Assembly (NCBI GenBank): GCA_050250895.1
Contig: JBFWNU010000001.1
Span: forward strand, 352,001 to 416,000
DNA from: Vulcanimicrobiota bacterium
Lineage (GTDB): Bacteria > Vulcanimicrobiota > Xenobia > Xenobiales > JADMJV01
DNA: 64,000 nucleotides
Direction of reading: 5' to 3'
Positions 19,729 through 29,413 of the stretch are shown in pieces. Position 1 is the stretch's first letter. Each line of letters starts with the position of its first letter. The translations under genes and the position numbers were made by a program. A model generated the notes under the pieces. That model made no database searches. It worked only from the letters and a program-made list of their open reading frames with translations, and had not been told where the DNA came from.

Positions 19729-19937
19729 TCTCGCGGAGGGGGTCGCTGAGCCGTCGCCCCCGGGCGCGCTCGTTTCGTGCGCAGTTATATCAGGTTCAAC
19801 GTGGTCTGAGAACTGCGCCCGAGCGCCTTTCAGCGACGGTCACGCCCTTCTCCGTTGCAGTCCTTGCTCACGTCCCGCGGCGCTGGCGAGCGCCCTTTGT
19901 CCAAAGGGCGCGCCAGCGCCCCGGTGGCGTTTTCAGT
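19729..19937. repeat. Structured ~210-bp repeat, copy B
   Basis: Second copy of 16571-16781, ~22 nt past the stop of immunity gene 2. Confidence 0.9.
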
Positions 19938-19959
19938 ATTTCTGGGGCCACGCATTCAG

Positions 19960-20499
19960 CTACTTCCAGTTTTGGAAGAGGGCCTTTTCGGCGCTATACC
20001 TCCACCCTGACTTCGACTTTTCAAAAAGGAGCAAGAAGTGATTGTTCCCGTTCGGGTCGTAGAGTTCTGAATATGCCACAAGGGCTTGGTCTACTTCAGT
20101 TGAGTATGCGACTCGTGAGAATTGGATCAATCCAGGGTCCCTGTCATAACGTTTCTTGAAGTCAACCACCCAATCGTGAATCTCGTCCTGATCGGCACTG
20201 TCCATCTTCTCGAACACGGACATGTCGCATAGTTCGTGCTCGCTCAACAACTCGCCCTGCAAAAGCAATTCGCTTGGACACCCGAGGTCTGCGGTCAAGA
20301 TATTTAGCGAAAAGTAATTCTTGAGCGTCGATTCCTTCAGGCCCGATAGTTGACCCTGATAAAACCCAAGAACGCCTGAATCGTAGTGACTCGTCAACAC
20401 TCTCGGGACGGTCTTTGGGAAAATGATCTGCGGGTTTTGAAACTTCTCTTTGAGAAGGTGTCGATAGACGTCGTGATCTGTGGCTATGTTCATCATCAC
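19960..20499 (-). CDS. Putative immunity protein for Rhs module 2
   Basis: Low-GC 179-aa ORF directly downstream of Rhs CT2. Confidence 0.55.
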   Translation of the reverse strand: MMMNIATDHDVYRHLLKEKFQNPQIIFPKTVPRVLTSHYDSGVLGFYQGQLSGLKESTLKNYFSLNILTADLGCPSELLLQGELLSEHELCDMSVFEKMDSADQDEIHDWVVDFKKRYDRDPGLIQFSRVAYSTEVDQALVAYSELYDPNGNNHFLLLFEKSKSGWRYSAEKALFQNWK

Positions 20500-21635
20500 T
20501 TCCTTTGAACGGCCGGCTTACCCACAAAAGAGCCCCTTGCAGGAATTGAGGCGCCTTCCCTGCCAATTTGGTAGCTTTGTCGACCACGTAGAGAAACTCG
20601 GGGTTATTTGGCATTCGATTCAACATGGCCTGGATATCATCGTCGGCTGGTCGTGACATTTTGGCGGTGATGACGATGTTCAATTCCTCGCAATCAGAAA
20701 GTTTGGGGACCGGAACTTTGACGAGAAGGCCAACATCTCGTCCCGTTCGATACAGATCTTTGGGTGAAAGTAGGACGTCCTCGTTAAATACGGGTCCCAT
20801 GCCGGGTCCAACGTTCTTCAAGCCGGTTCCATCGCCCTTAGAATTGAGAATGAATGCATGCACCTGCACGTTGATTCTTACAGGGAAATCCACTAAGCTT
20901 TTGAAGCTTGATGTTGCCCACGAGTTCACCGTTGTCGAAGAGCACGAATGGCTGCGGAACGACCTTCGCGACCTTCTGACCTCGCCTTGGAGGGGTCAAG
21001 TTGGTGAATTCAAACTGTTGCTTCAGACCGAGGGGGTCGACGGAGTTGGTTGGGCTGCCACCGACGTAGGCGTAGAGATTTAGACTCCCTTCGACCCCAA
21101 TGGGGTCCCGGCTCAAGAACCTGGCCAAGGTCGGGTCGTAGTGCCGCTGCCGCATGTAGAGCAGCCCGGTGTCGGCCGTGTCGTCGTGCACGCCCAGGCC
21201 GCCCACGTAGGTCTTCGGGCTATCCGAGTCAGAACTCGGGTCCTTCACGCCCCACTCGTCGTGGAGGAAGTTCGAGGTCGCCCCGTTCGAGGCCTTAACC
21301 ATCACCCGCACCGAGGACAGCCCATCGGTTAGAAAGTAGAAGTAGTCGCTGTCCTTCTGGAAGCCCATCAACTGGTGCCCCATCAGGTAGCTGAAGGCGT
21401 CGGAGCCGTCGACCTCAGAGACCGTCGGCAAGCCGGAGTAGAAGCTCTTTAGCTTTACCCCGTCATCACGCACCTTCTTCTTGCGCAGGTTGCCCGAGTC
21501 GTAGACGTTGACGGTGGTCCCGTCGGGCTTTTCGACGGCCGTCAGGCGGTCGAAGTCGTCCCAGAAGTAGTTGGTCGTCGCTGGCGTACCGCTCGGGTCG
21601 AGAACCCGGGCGATCATGTGGCCATCATTGTCGAG
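20500..21635 (-). pseudogene. Orphan Rhs core fragment plus frameshifted C-terminal toxin 2
   Basis: DNDGHMIARVLDPS...YFWDDFDRL...DPIGVEGSLNLYAYVGGSPTNSVDPLGL; the CT appears to continue in another frame near 20900. Confidence 0.8.
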
Positions 21636-21768
21636 TCGAGATTGGGTTGGCTAGCAGCCGTAGACATGCCAACTTCATCCTGGCCATCAAAGCTGCCGCA
21701 ACGGGGTTCTCGTGACGCATGAAGTCACGCCCTTGTGGACGATACATTGGCTACGGAACTATGGCCCT

Positions 21769-21969
21769 CGAACTGAGCGCCAGCTCAGTTCGCTCCCATC
21801 TCGGCGCCCGGCGCCGCTCCCATCTCGGCGCCCAGCGCCGCTCCCATCTCCACGAAGTGGCTCCTCTCTCGACGGCGCAGCCGGCGCTCCTTGTCGGCCG
21901 AAGGCCGAAGTGGCTCCTCTCTCGACGGCGCAGCCGGCGCTCCTTGTCGGCCGAAGGCCGAAGTGGCTC
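21769..21969. repeat. Hairpin followed by 24-bp x2.5 and 53-bp x2.2 tandem repeats
   Basis: cgaactgagc-gcca-gctcagttcg; cgctcccatctcggcgcccRgcgc units at 21791/21815/21839; 53-bp units at 21853/21906/21959. Confidence 0.9.
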
Positions 21970-24358
21970 AGGTTCGGGTTCGGCGTTCGCCGGGCAGGCG
22001 GATGCGGGCGCAGGTGCCCCCCAGGAAAGAGTAGCCGAACTCTAAACGGCCGTCGTGCTCGCTCACCACCCGCTCGCAGATCGAGAGTCCCAGCCCCAGG
22101 CCCTGCCCGACGGGCTTGGTGGTGAAGAACGGCTCGGTGATGCGCTCGAAGATCTCGGGGTCGATGCCGGGACCGTCGTCGTGCACCTCGATGCTGGTGG
22201 TGTCGGGTTCGACCACCACCTTGACCACCACTCGACCCTCGTCGCCGGCGGCGTCGCAGGCGTTGCGTAGAAGCTGCACGAGGGCCTGGCGCAGGTCCAA
22301 CAGGTGGCCTCGCACGACCACCGGCTGCTCGAGGCCACGCACCTCGATGCTCCTCTCGTCGAGCTTGGCCAGGGCCGAACTGACCAGCCCGTCTACAGCC
22401 ACGGCTTCGCGCTCGGACACTCCGTAGGAAGTAGCGTAATAGAGCAGACCCTCGGCCACGCCCTCGACCCGGCGCAGAGCGCGCTCGGCATCACGCAGGT
22501 GGCCGTGGCTGCGAGCCGGGTTGGTGTCGAGCTGGGCGGCGGCCGACTCGAGAGCCAGCTGGATGATCCCCAGCGGAGTGTTGAGTTCGTGGCTCAGGCC
22601 GGCCGCCATCTGACCGATAGCGGCCATCTTCGAGGCCCGAGTAAATTCTCGGGTCAGGTCGACCCGCTCGAGCGCGATGGCTGCCTGCTGGGCCAGCAGG
22701 GTCACCAGACTCAGATGTTCGCGGTCAAAGTGGCCCGGCTCGGCGCTGGTCAAGACCACGGCGCGCTCTTTCGACAGCGGCGCGGCCAACAAGCTGGCCA
22801 CCCCATCGGGCAGTCGCATCGGCGCCTTGTCGGCGCTCTCGGCCAGCACCGGGCGGGCGGTGCGGGTAACCAGCTCGGCGACCGAGAGCAACTCGGCCGC
22901 GACCTGCCCGGCCGGAAACTCGCAGCCCCCCTCGCGATGGATGAGATAGAAGCCCTCGTTGGGCACCAGCGCGTCGACAGTGGCCCGGGCCTGGGCGAAG
23001 ATCTCCTGGGGCTCGTTGGCCGAGAAGACGGCCCGGGCTCCGTCCAACAGCCGATTGAGCCGATAGAGCCAGCGCGAAAGCTTACGGCGCTCGGCCGAGA
23101 CATAAGCGATTTCGCGATTCTGGGTCTCGGTTCGCGAAAGTCCATCGAGCACCAGGGCCACCTGGCGAGCCACCAACCACAACATCTCGCGTTCCGAGGC
23201 TCCGTAGGGCTTCTGCGAGCGGGCCAGCAGCACCACTCCGAAGCCCGACAGGGGCGCGGCCAGACAGAATTTCTCGCTGCACAGGCGCTCGGGGCCCGGG
23301 GTGTAACGCCCGCCGGCCGGGCGGCCCTCGCGCCAGGCCTCCTCCACCGCCGCCTCGCGAGCCTCTTTCCTGGTGGGCGAGGCACCTCGCACGGCCACCG
23401 GCGCCAGGCGGTGCTCGTCGGCCAGAAAGAGGGCCACTACCTGGCTATCGAACTGGCCCTCGAGCAGGTCCAATAGCGTTTCTTGGGCCTGGGTCAACGA
23501 AGTTACCGAGGCCAGCCGACGATTGGCCGTCTCGAGAAACTGGCGTTCCTGAGAGCGCTGGGCCAGGCCGGCCTCGAGTTGCTTGAGTTCGGCGTCGAGC
23601 TGGGCCAGATCGCGCTCGCGCCGGCTCAGCCGAAAGCTCAGCGCAGACATCCCCTGCAGTTCGCGCGAGCGCACCGCTCCCAGCAAGCCATAGGCCAGGG
23701 CTAGCAGCACCAGCCCAAAGGAGAGAATGGTCCAGGCCGTTCGGTCGGGATGCAGCGCCAACAGTCGACCGGCCGCGCAAGCTCCGGCCAGAAAGAGCAA
23801 CGAGTGCAGGCGGATATTCCAGGTCACCCGATTGAGCAGCTGTTTTCGTCCGCTCACCAGGCCGGGCATGATATAGCTCAACCCGAGATAGACCAACAGC
23901 CCCAGGCCGAAGACCAGCGGGCTGTCGAAGGCCTCTACGAGTCCCAGCAAGGTCAGTAGGGGAACGGCCTCGCTGGCCGCTTCGGTCAGGCGCTTGGACC
24001 AGGATCCGCCAGAGCGAGTGACCTGCCGAGCCGTCAGACAGACGGCCAGAATGAAAGCCGCCGCCCGGGTGCCGACGTCATGGTCGCTGGCCGCCGCCAG
24101 GTAGCAACCACAGGCTAGACTGATGAACCCCCAGTGCTCGAGGCGCGCCGCCCCGAGTTCCAGGGCTAGAGCACCCAGCAGATAGAGTAAGAAGAAAGGG
24201 GATAGGGGCGGCGTGGGCTGCGAGATGAAGACAACGGCCCCCCAGGCCACCGTCAGCAGGAGCGCCGCGAAGGCTGTGGTCGACGAAGCCTGGTTCACCC
24301 GCCAAACTTCCACGGGGTCAGCCGGGTGCCTCCCGGGGGTGGTATCGACCTGTCCCAT
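21968..24358 (-). CDS. Membrane-bound GAF-GAF sensor histidine kinase
   Basis: N-terminal TM helices, two GAF-like regions, HELNTPL, NACDA, DDGPG and FFTTKPVGQGLGLGL. Confidence 0.9.
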   Translation of the reverse strand: MGQVDTTPGRHPADPVEVWRVNQASSTTAFAALLLTVAWGAVVFISQPTPPLSPFFLLYLLGALALELGAARLEHWGFISLACGCYLAAASDHDVGTRAAAFILAVCLTARQVTRSGGSWSKRLTEAASEAVPLLTLLGLVEAFDSPLVFGLGLLVYLGLSYIMPGLVSGRKQLLNRVTWNIRLHSLLFLAGACAAGRLLALHPDRTAWTILSFGLVLLALAYGLLGAVRSRELQGMSALSFRLSRRERDLAQLDAELKQLEAGLAQRSQERQFLETANRRLASVTSLTQAQETLLDLLEGQFDSQVVALFLADEHRLAPVAVRGASPTRKEAREAAVEEAWREGRPAGGRYTPGPERLCSEKFCLAAPLSGFGVVLLARSQKPYGASEREMLWLVARQVALVLDGLSRTETQNREIAYVSAERRKLSRWLYRLNRLLDGARAVFSANEPQEIFAQARATVDALVPNEGFYLIHREGGCEFPAGQVAAELLSVAELVTRTARPVLAESADKAPMRLPDGVASLLAAPLSKERAVVLTSAEPGHFDREHLSLVTLLAQQAAIALERVDLTREFTRASKMAAIGQMAAGLSHELNTPLGIIQLALESAAAQLDTNPARSHGHLRDAERALRRVEGVAEGLLYYATSYGVSEREAVAVDGLVSSALAKLDERSIEVRGLEQPVVVRGHLLDLRQALVQLLRNACDAAGDEGRVVVKVVVEPDTTSIEVHDDGPGIDPEIFERITEPFFTTKPVGQGLGLGLSICERVVSEHDGRLEFGYSFLGGTCARIRLPGERRTRT

Positions 24359-24417
24359 CTGCTATAGTTACTAGTATCCACTCGCTCCTTTCACAAAAGC
24401 CCAGCAAGGGGGAACGA

Positions 24418-26562
24418 TTGGTGCTCGCAACCAGGGGCAGCCAGTTAAAAATCAAATCACGACGGGCCTTCACGCTATTGGAGATCGTCGTGACTTGCTC
24501 TCTATTGGCGATTTTCGTGGGTGTGACCGCCCTCTCGTTACGCCAGAGTATTCATCAGGCCGGGCCCCAGGGCATGGCCCACGCTCTGGCTGCCGACCTG
24601 CGCTCGGCCCGGGCTGAGGCTCAGCGTCGCGGCTGTCTGGTAGCCGTTTGTCTGCCGTGTGACGACGGAGCCACTCCGGTCAGTCGTAGCTTCACCCTTC
24701 GAGCGGGAGAACAACTCGGTGACGCACTGCGCATTCGCTCGTTCGACCGCGATTTCGAGGCAGGTATCTTCGTCGGCTCCTGGCCCGGTTCGGCACCCGA
24801 CCCGTCGGTCGGGCCGGTCGACTGGTCCCCGGTGACCCAGCAAGAGTATATGGTCTATTTTCGCCCCGACGGCACCATGTTCACCAGCGGCCTGCCTCTG
24901 GTCGACGGCCGCTTGCCTCTGGTGGTGGCCAGCAACGTCAGCTATCAGGCCGCCGGGGATGGATTCTTTGCCCCTCAGGCCATCGCCACCCCCCAGACCG
25001 TCTGGGTCGATGGCTCGGGAGCGATCGAGGTGGTCGAAAACCAGGCTCCCGCCCAGCTGCCCTCGACGGCCGCCCCGCTGGTGGTGGCAGCCACCCCTGC
25101 AGCCACGGCCCTGGCCTCGAGGTCTCCCAGTATCTCTGACATCAAGTTTTTGCCCTCCAGCAACCCGGCCCTCAGTAGCGTCGGTTTAAGCCAGACCTAT
25201 ATCGAAATCCATCCCGAGCAAAAAGAGGGTGACGATCTCGAGTACGGCTTGGCCACGATGGTCCTCGAGGCCATCGACGAAGACGGTGGCCCTCTCTTCT
25301 TCGAGGTCGAAAGCGAGGCTTCGGCTGGCGACCGGGGTCGCTTCACGGTCTTTCAAGACGAAGGGCGGATGAGCTTCATCGACGGCAAGTGGCGCGCCTC
25401 GGTGAGTTGGCGACCCCCGCCGGGGGCCGCCGCCGACACCGAATATGAGTTCGAGGTGGCCGTCAAGGACAAAGACGGCAACCGCGTAGCCACCACCTCG
25501 GGGGCCGGCCTTCTGCCCAGTGTGACCGCTCTGGTGCCTTCGCGGTTAGCGGTCGAATCCAGCCATAACCTGGTCTACGTCGGCAACATCGACGGAGGCG
25601 ACCTGGTTCGCATCACCCCGCTGTCGCAGCACGATCAAGACCCCTTCTTCTCGCCCGACGGCACCAAGCTCTACACCTTCAACAGCACCGGCTCGGACAC
25701 GGTGCTGGTGCAGCAAAACGGTGACGGAACCAACCGGCGTATCGTCAATCCCTTGCCCGTCTCGGTCGGAAGCATTCGCTTCGATCCGCTTTTCATGTAT
25801 GGCTCTTTCGTCCACAGTAAGAGAGTTCTGGTCCATTCCTACACCATCACCACCACCGACTCCGAAGGCAACTCCACTACCGAAACGGTGACGGTTACCC
25901 AGAACGTCAACTCGCTGGCGATTCTCCATCTCTCCAGCGGCAAGTCCTGGGACATCAGCAGCGTGGCCATCGGCAATCTCAGTTGGGACTCGCGGACTCG
26001 CTTCGGCTTCCGGTTTACCGAGGCCGAGACGGTCGACGGGCCGCCCGGCATCGAGATCAAGGGTCGCACTGCTCACCTGGTGGGCTTTCCACCCACCGCC
26101 GAGTCCATCAGCCTCCCTCCCGAGACTCCGAGCTATGTCTATAATCTCAAGGACCCCAGCTGGTGGGTCCGCTTTGCGCCGGGCGACGCCTATACCCCCT
26201 CCAAACTTTTGCTCGAGAACGGGACTCAATCCCATACCCTGCGCTCCAACCTCAACTTGAGCGGCAGTCCCGTCTGGTCAGGCGACGGTCAATGGCTAAC
26301 CTATCTCCATGACGCCAGCGCAGGCCGCTACGATCTCCTGGTCCAACACGTCTTCAATGGCTCCTTTAGCTACACCGGCTCGACCGCGGAGCTGATCCTT
26401 GATGACGTGCCCATCTCTTCGCCAAAATTGTCGCCCGACGGAAAATTCGTCTTTTTTCTGCGCGGTGACCACCTTTTCCGCATCGAGGCGAAGCGGGGAG
26501 CCACAGCCGTCAAGCTCAGTGACACGCTGCCAGGAGTGAAGAGCTTTGCGCTATCGCGCTGA
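24418..26562 (+). CDS. Large prepilin-like protein with C-terminal TolB-like beta-propeller
   Basis: RRAFTLLEIVV class III-like signal; FSPDGTKL, WSGDGQWL and LSPDGKFV repeats. Confidence 0.75.
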   Translation: MVLATRGSQLKIKSRRAFTLLEIVVTCSLLAIFVGVTALSLRQSIHQAGPQGMAHALAADLRSARAEAQRRGCLVAVCLPCDDGATPVSRSFTLRAGEQLGDALRIRSFDRDFEAGIFVGSWPGSAPDPSVGPVDWSPVTQQEYMVYFRPDGTMFTSGLPLVDGRLPLVVASNVSYQAAGDGFFAPQAIATPQTVWVDGSGAIEVVENQAPAQLPSTAAPLVVAATPAATALASRSPSISDIKFLPSSNPALSSVGLSQTYIEIHPEQKEGDDLEYGLATMVLEAIDEDGGPLFFEVESEASAGDRGRFTVFQDEGRMSFIDGKWRASVSWRPPPGAAADTEYEFEVAVKDKDGNRVATTSGAGLLPSVTALVPSRLAVESSHNLVYVGNIDGGDLVRITPLSQHDQDPFFSPDGTKLYTFNSTGSDTVLVQQNGDGTNRRIVNPLPVSVGSIRFDPLFMYGSFVHSKRVLVHSYTITTTDSEGNSTTETVTVTQNVNSLAILHLSSGKSWDISSVAIGNLSWDSRTRFGFRFTEAETVDGPPGIEIKGRTAHLVGFPPTAESISLPPETPSYVYNLKDPSWWVRFAPGDAYTPSKLLLENGTQSHTLRSNLNLSGSPVWSGDGQWLTYLHDASAGRYDLLVQHVFNGSFSYTGSTAELILDDVPISSPKLSPDGKFVFFLRGDHLFRIEAKRGATAVKLSDTLPGVKSFALSR

Positions 26563-27328
26563 TTTCGCTTTTTCCCTCGTAGAGGCCGTCTTCTCGAGCT
26601 TCTTGCTGCTGACGGCCGTGACGATGAGCGTCTATCTATTCGACGCTTCGCTGCGCGCCCAGGCCGAAAACGACGTCCGCATGCAGGCCACCCTGGTGGC
26701 CCAAAGCCGGCTCGACGAGATTCGCGCCTATGCCGATACCAACTTCGGGTCGGGCCTGGCTCTTTTTGACGGCCTCGAGATCGAGCCCCCTGAGGCTCCC
26801 AATCTCAAGGTGAGAACGCGGGCAGCCCGCAAGCAGATGTATCTGCCCTGTACCGAACTCGAAACCCAATATGCTCCCGGAGCGGTCTTTCCCCAGCCCG
26901 AACGCAAAACGTTGGAAAAGTCCGCCTGGCAGGTCGAAGTCGAGGTCCGCTGGTCGGAGCGTCCGGCCGACCGGGTGACCCTGGTGAGCTATGTGGGCGA
27001 CTGGCGCCGGGGCAATTTCAACATCAGCATCACCCCCAACAATCCCGCCCCCATCCCGCCCAGAGATACGCTCGAATTCGAGGCCGTGGCCACCGACGAC
27101 GATGGTCGCCGCCTGGATGATTTGGTGCTAACCTGGTATGTCAACCCGCTCGATGGCCTGGGCACCATCTCGCAAGTCTCGCGGGACGGCACCAAATGCC
27201 TCTACAAGAACCACTTTCGCGACTATGACGGCTCGTATAAGGTGCAGCCGGGCCAGTGCGAACTGGAAGTTCGGGCGGTCTTTGCCGGGATCGAGCGGCG
27301 GGCCACCAGGGTGGTGGTCAATGAGTAA
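26546..27328 (+). CDS. Minor pilin/pseudopilin (PilV/GspI-like)
   Basis: AFSLVEAV N-terminal helix; operon context. Confidence 0.7.
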   Translation: MRYRADFAFSLVEAVFSSFLLLTAVTMSVYLFDASLRAQAENDVRMQATLVAQSRLDEIRAYADTNFGSGLALFDGLEIEPPEAPNLKVRTRAARKQMYLPCTELETQYAPGAVFPQPERKTLEKSAWQVEVEVRWSERPADRVTLVSYVGDWRRGNFNISITPNNPAPIPPRDTLEFEAVATDDDGRRLDDLVLTWYVNPLDGLGTISQVSRDGTKCLYKNHFRDYDGSYKVQPGQCELEVRAVFAGIERRATRVVVNE

Positions 27329-27830
27329 GCGCGGCTTTAGCCTGTTAGAGGCGCTTTTCGGGATGCTGATCACCTTTCTGGTGCTCTCGGCCGTCGTCTA
27401 TATCCTGCAGCAGGCTGTCACCGTGCGGGGCAGCGTCGAAGAAGTGGGCAGCTTCACCGAACTCAGCCACGCGATCGGCTTGATCCGACGCGATCTGGCC
27501 ACGGCCATCAGAGTGGACACACCCACCGGCACCTCGGCTCATCGCATCGTGGTGCGCCAGATCGATGAAAGTCAGGATTTCTTGACCCGCGTGGCCGACG
27601 GCAACGCCTTCGACAGCACCGAAAGAATTCGGGTCGAATACGAGCGCAGTGACGGCATTCTCAGGCGCCAGGTCTACGACTCGCTGGGCAATCTCAGGGC
27701 CAACCAGAGACTGCTGGCCTGCTCGTCGTTTGAAACCGGCCGCACCTTGAGCCTGATCACCATCAAGGTCGGTATCGAGAAAGAGCGCTCTTCTCGCATC
27801 TACGCCTTCCAATGCAGGGTCATGCCATGA
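27321..27830 (+). CDS. Minor pilin/pseudopilin (PilW/GspJ-like)
   Basis: MSKRGFSLLEAL class III signal. Confidence 0.8.
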   Translation: MSKRGFSLLEALFGMLITFLVLSAVVYILQQAVTVRGSVEEVGSFTELSHAIGLIRRDLATAIRVDTPTGTSAHRIVVRQIDESQDFLTRVADGNAFDSTERIRVEYERSDGILRRQVYDSLGNLRANQRLLACSSFETGRTLSLITIKVGIEKERSSRIYAFQCRVMP

Positions 27831-28288
27831 GGCACCGCGGATTTTTGCTGGTCCTTTCGCTGCTGTTGACGGTCTTGATCGCCATTATCGCCCTGGGCCT
27901 CCTCAGCATGCGGCGCGGCGGCTATGCCACTTCGATGGCAGGAGTCGAGGCAGCCCAGGCCAGGGCGCTGGCCATCGCCGGGATGGAAGACATCCGGGTC
28001 AAGTTGGCCAAAGACCCCTTCTACCCCACCGGGGTTGGCGACGAGCAGGTCGTCTTCAGCTATACCGAGGCAGTCACCAGCCTGGATGACCCCGCCCGCA
28101 CCCTGGGCACCTATCGGGTGACCGTCGATCGCTCCCACCGCGACCCTCAGAAGGTCTTGCGGATCGAGTCGCGGGGGTTCGTGGGCGGGCTGCGGGCCGA
28201 AGGGGCCATGTTCACGATCTATGGCGAACTGGACCTGACCGATTTCAGCTTCAAAGTCTGGCGTGAAGGAACTTTTCCCCAGCTTTGA
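27827..28288 (+). CDS. PilX/GspK-like minor pilin
   Basis: RHRGFLLVLSLLL lacking Glu5; AQARALAIAG; IESRG. Confidence 0.75.
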   Translation: MRHRGFLLVLSLLLTVLIAIIALGLLSMRRGGYATSMAGVEAAQARALAIAGMEDIRVKLAKDPFYPTGVGDEQVVFSYTEAVTSLDDPARTLGTYRVTVDRSHRDPQKVLRIESRGFVGGLRAEGAMFTIYGELDLTDFSFKVWREGTFPQL

Positions 28289-29346
28289 AGATCCCGTTTT
28301 TCGATCGCGAGCGGCCGGCGCGCTGCAAGCCCGAGACCCTCAGCACCTTCACCAAGCAACTGTCGGCCCTGATCGGGTCGGGCGTGCCTTTGCACAAGGC
28401 CCTGGAAGCGCTCTCGCGAGAAGACGGTGAAGAGCTGCACCAGCGAGTTGTTCCCGAACTGGTGCGCCAGGTGGCCTCAGGCCACACCCTGTCGCGCAGT
28501 CTCCTCCGCTTTCCGGGTGTCTTTCCGCCGACCTACGTGGCTTTGATGCGAGCGGCCGAACAGACCGGCGCCCTGGTCGCCGTGCTGGACCGTCTCAGCG
28601 AGTGGCTGGATCGCACCGTGGCTCTCAAGCGCCGGGTGTCCAATGCTCTGACCTACCCGGTTTTCGTGCTGATCCTGTCGTTGGGCTTAACGGTGGCCTT
28701 GTTCCGAACGGTCGTGCCCAAGATTCTCGACACCGTGGAGGGACTCGGGGTAGAGTTTCCTCTACCGACCCGCATCTTGGCCGGGTTGGTAGCCGCCCTC
28801 GGCAAGCCGTGGCTGTGGGTGCTGGCCGGGTTGATCGTGGCCCTGGTCGTTTTCTACCTGCGCACCCCCGAGGGCACCTATCGCCTCCAGGCGGTGGCCG
28901 CCGTGCTGCCGGTGGTCGGACCGATCGTGGTCCACTCCAGCGCCTCGCGCTATGCCTTCACGCTCTCGATGTTGACGGCTACCGGAGTCGACTTTCTGCA
29001 ATCGCTCAATATCTCGGCCGAAGCCAGTGGCAGCCTGTTGATCTGGGAAGACAGCCAGCGGGTCCAGCGCACCATCAGAGAAGGTGGCAAACTCTCGGAG
29101 ATTTTCGAGGACCAGTTGCACTACCCTCACCTGCTCTGCCAGCTAGTTCGGTTGGGGGAAGAGGTCGGTCGTTTTGATCGCTTTCTGCAAAAGGCTTGCT
29201 CGATGCTCGAAGAAGACACCGGCTATCGCCTGGAACGCCTCACGGCCCTGGTCGAGCCCCTGATTTTGGCCGGCTTGTCTTGCTTTGTGGGCTTCGTGCT
29301 CATCTCGACTCTGCTGCCCCTCTCGAAACTGGCCGCCGCTCTGTAG
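28285..29346 (+). CDS. pilC: Type II secretion F / PilC platform protein
   Basis: FTKQLSALIGSGVPL, AAEQTG, ALTYP, GEEVG and LVEP motifs. Confidence 0.88.
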   Translation: MKIPFFDRERPARCKPETLSTFTKQLSALIGSGVPLHKALEALSREDGEELHQRVVPELVRQVASGHTLSRSLLRFPGVFPPTYVALMRAAEQTGALVAVLDRLSEWLDRTVALKRRVSNALTYPVFVLILSLGLTVALFRTVVPKILDTVEGLGVEFPLPTRILAGLVAALGKPWLWVLAGLIVALVVFYLRTPEGTYRLQAVAAVLPVVGPIVVHSSASRYAFTLSMLTATGVDFLQSLNISAEASGSLLIWEDSQRVQRTIREGGKLSEIFEDQLHYPHLLCQLVRLGEEVGRFDRFLQKACSMLEEDTGYRLERLTALVEPLILAGLSCFVGFVLISTLLPLSKLAAAL

Positions 29347-29363
29347 CGGGTCTCACCAACGAA

Positions 29364-29393
29364 GAAGCCCCCGCAGAGACTGGCGGAGGCTTC
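29364..29393. terminator. Hairpin between convergent pilC and ferritin genes
   Basis: gaagcc-c-ccgc ... gcgg-a-ggcttc stem. Confidence 0.5.
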
Positions 29394-29413
29394 CTCGGTC
29401 AGACCCAGGCGGG

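Noticed and set aside
18575-19937. IscB/HEARO (OMEGA) system
   Set aside because: The protein has no PLMP or split RuvC motifs, and the HNH is C-terminal in a DUF222-like layout.
21791-21969. Possible CRISPR array
   Set aside because: The units are head-to-tail with no unique spacers, and no cas genes are nearby.
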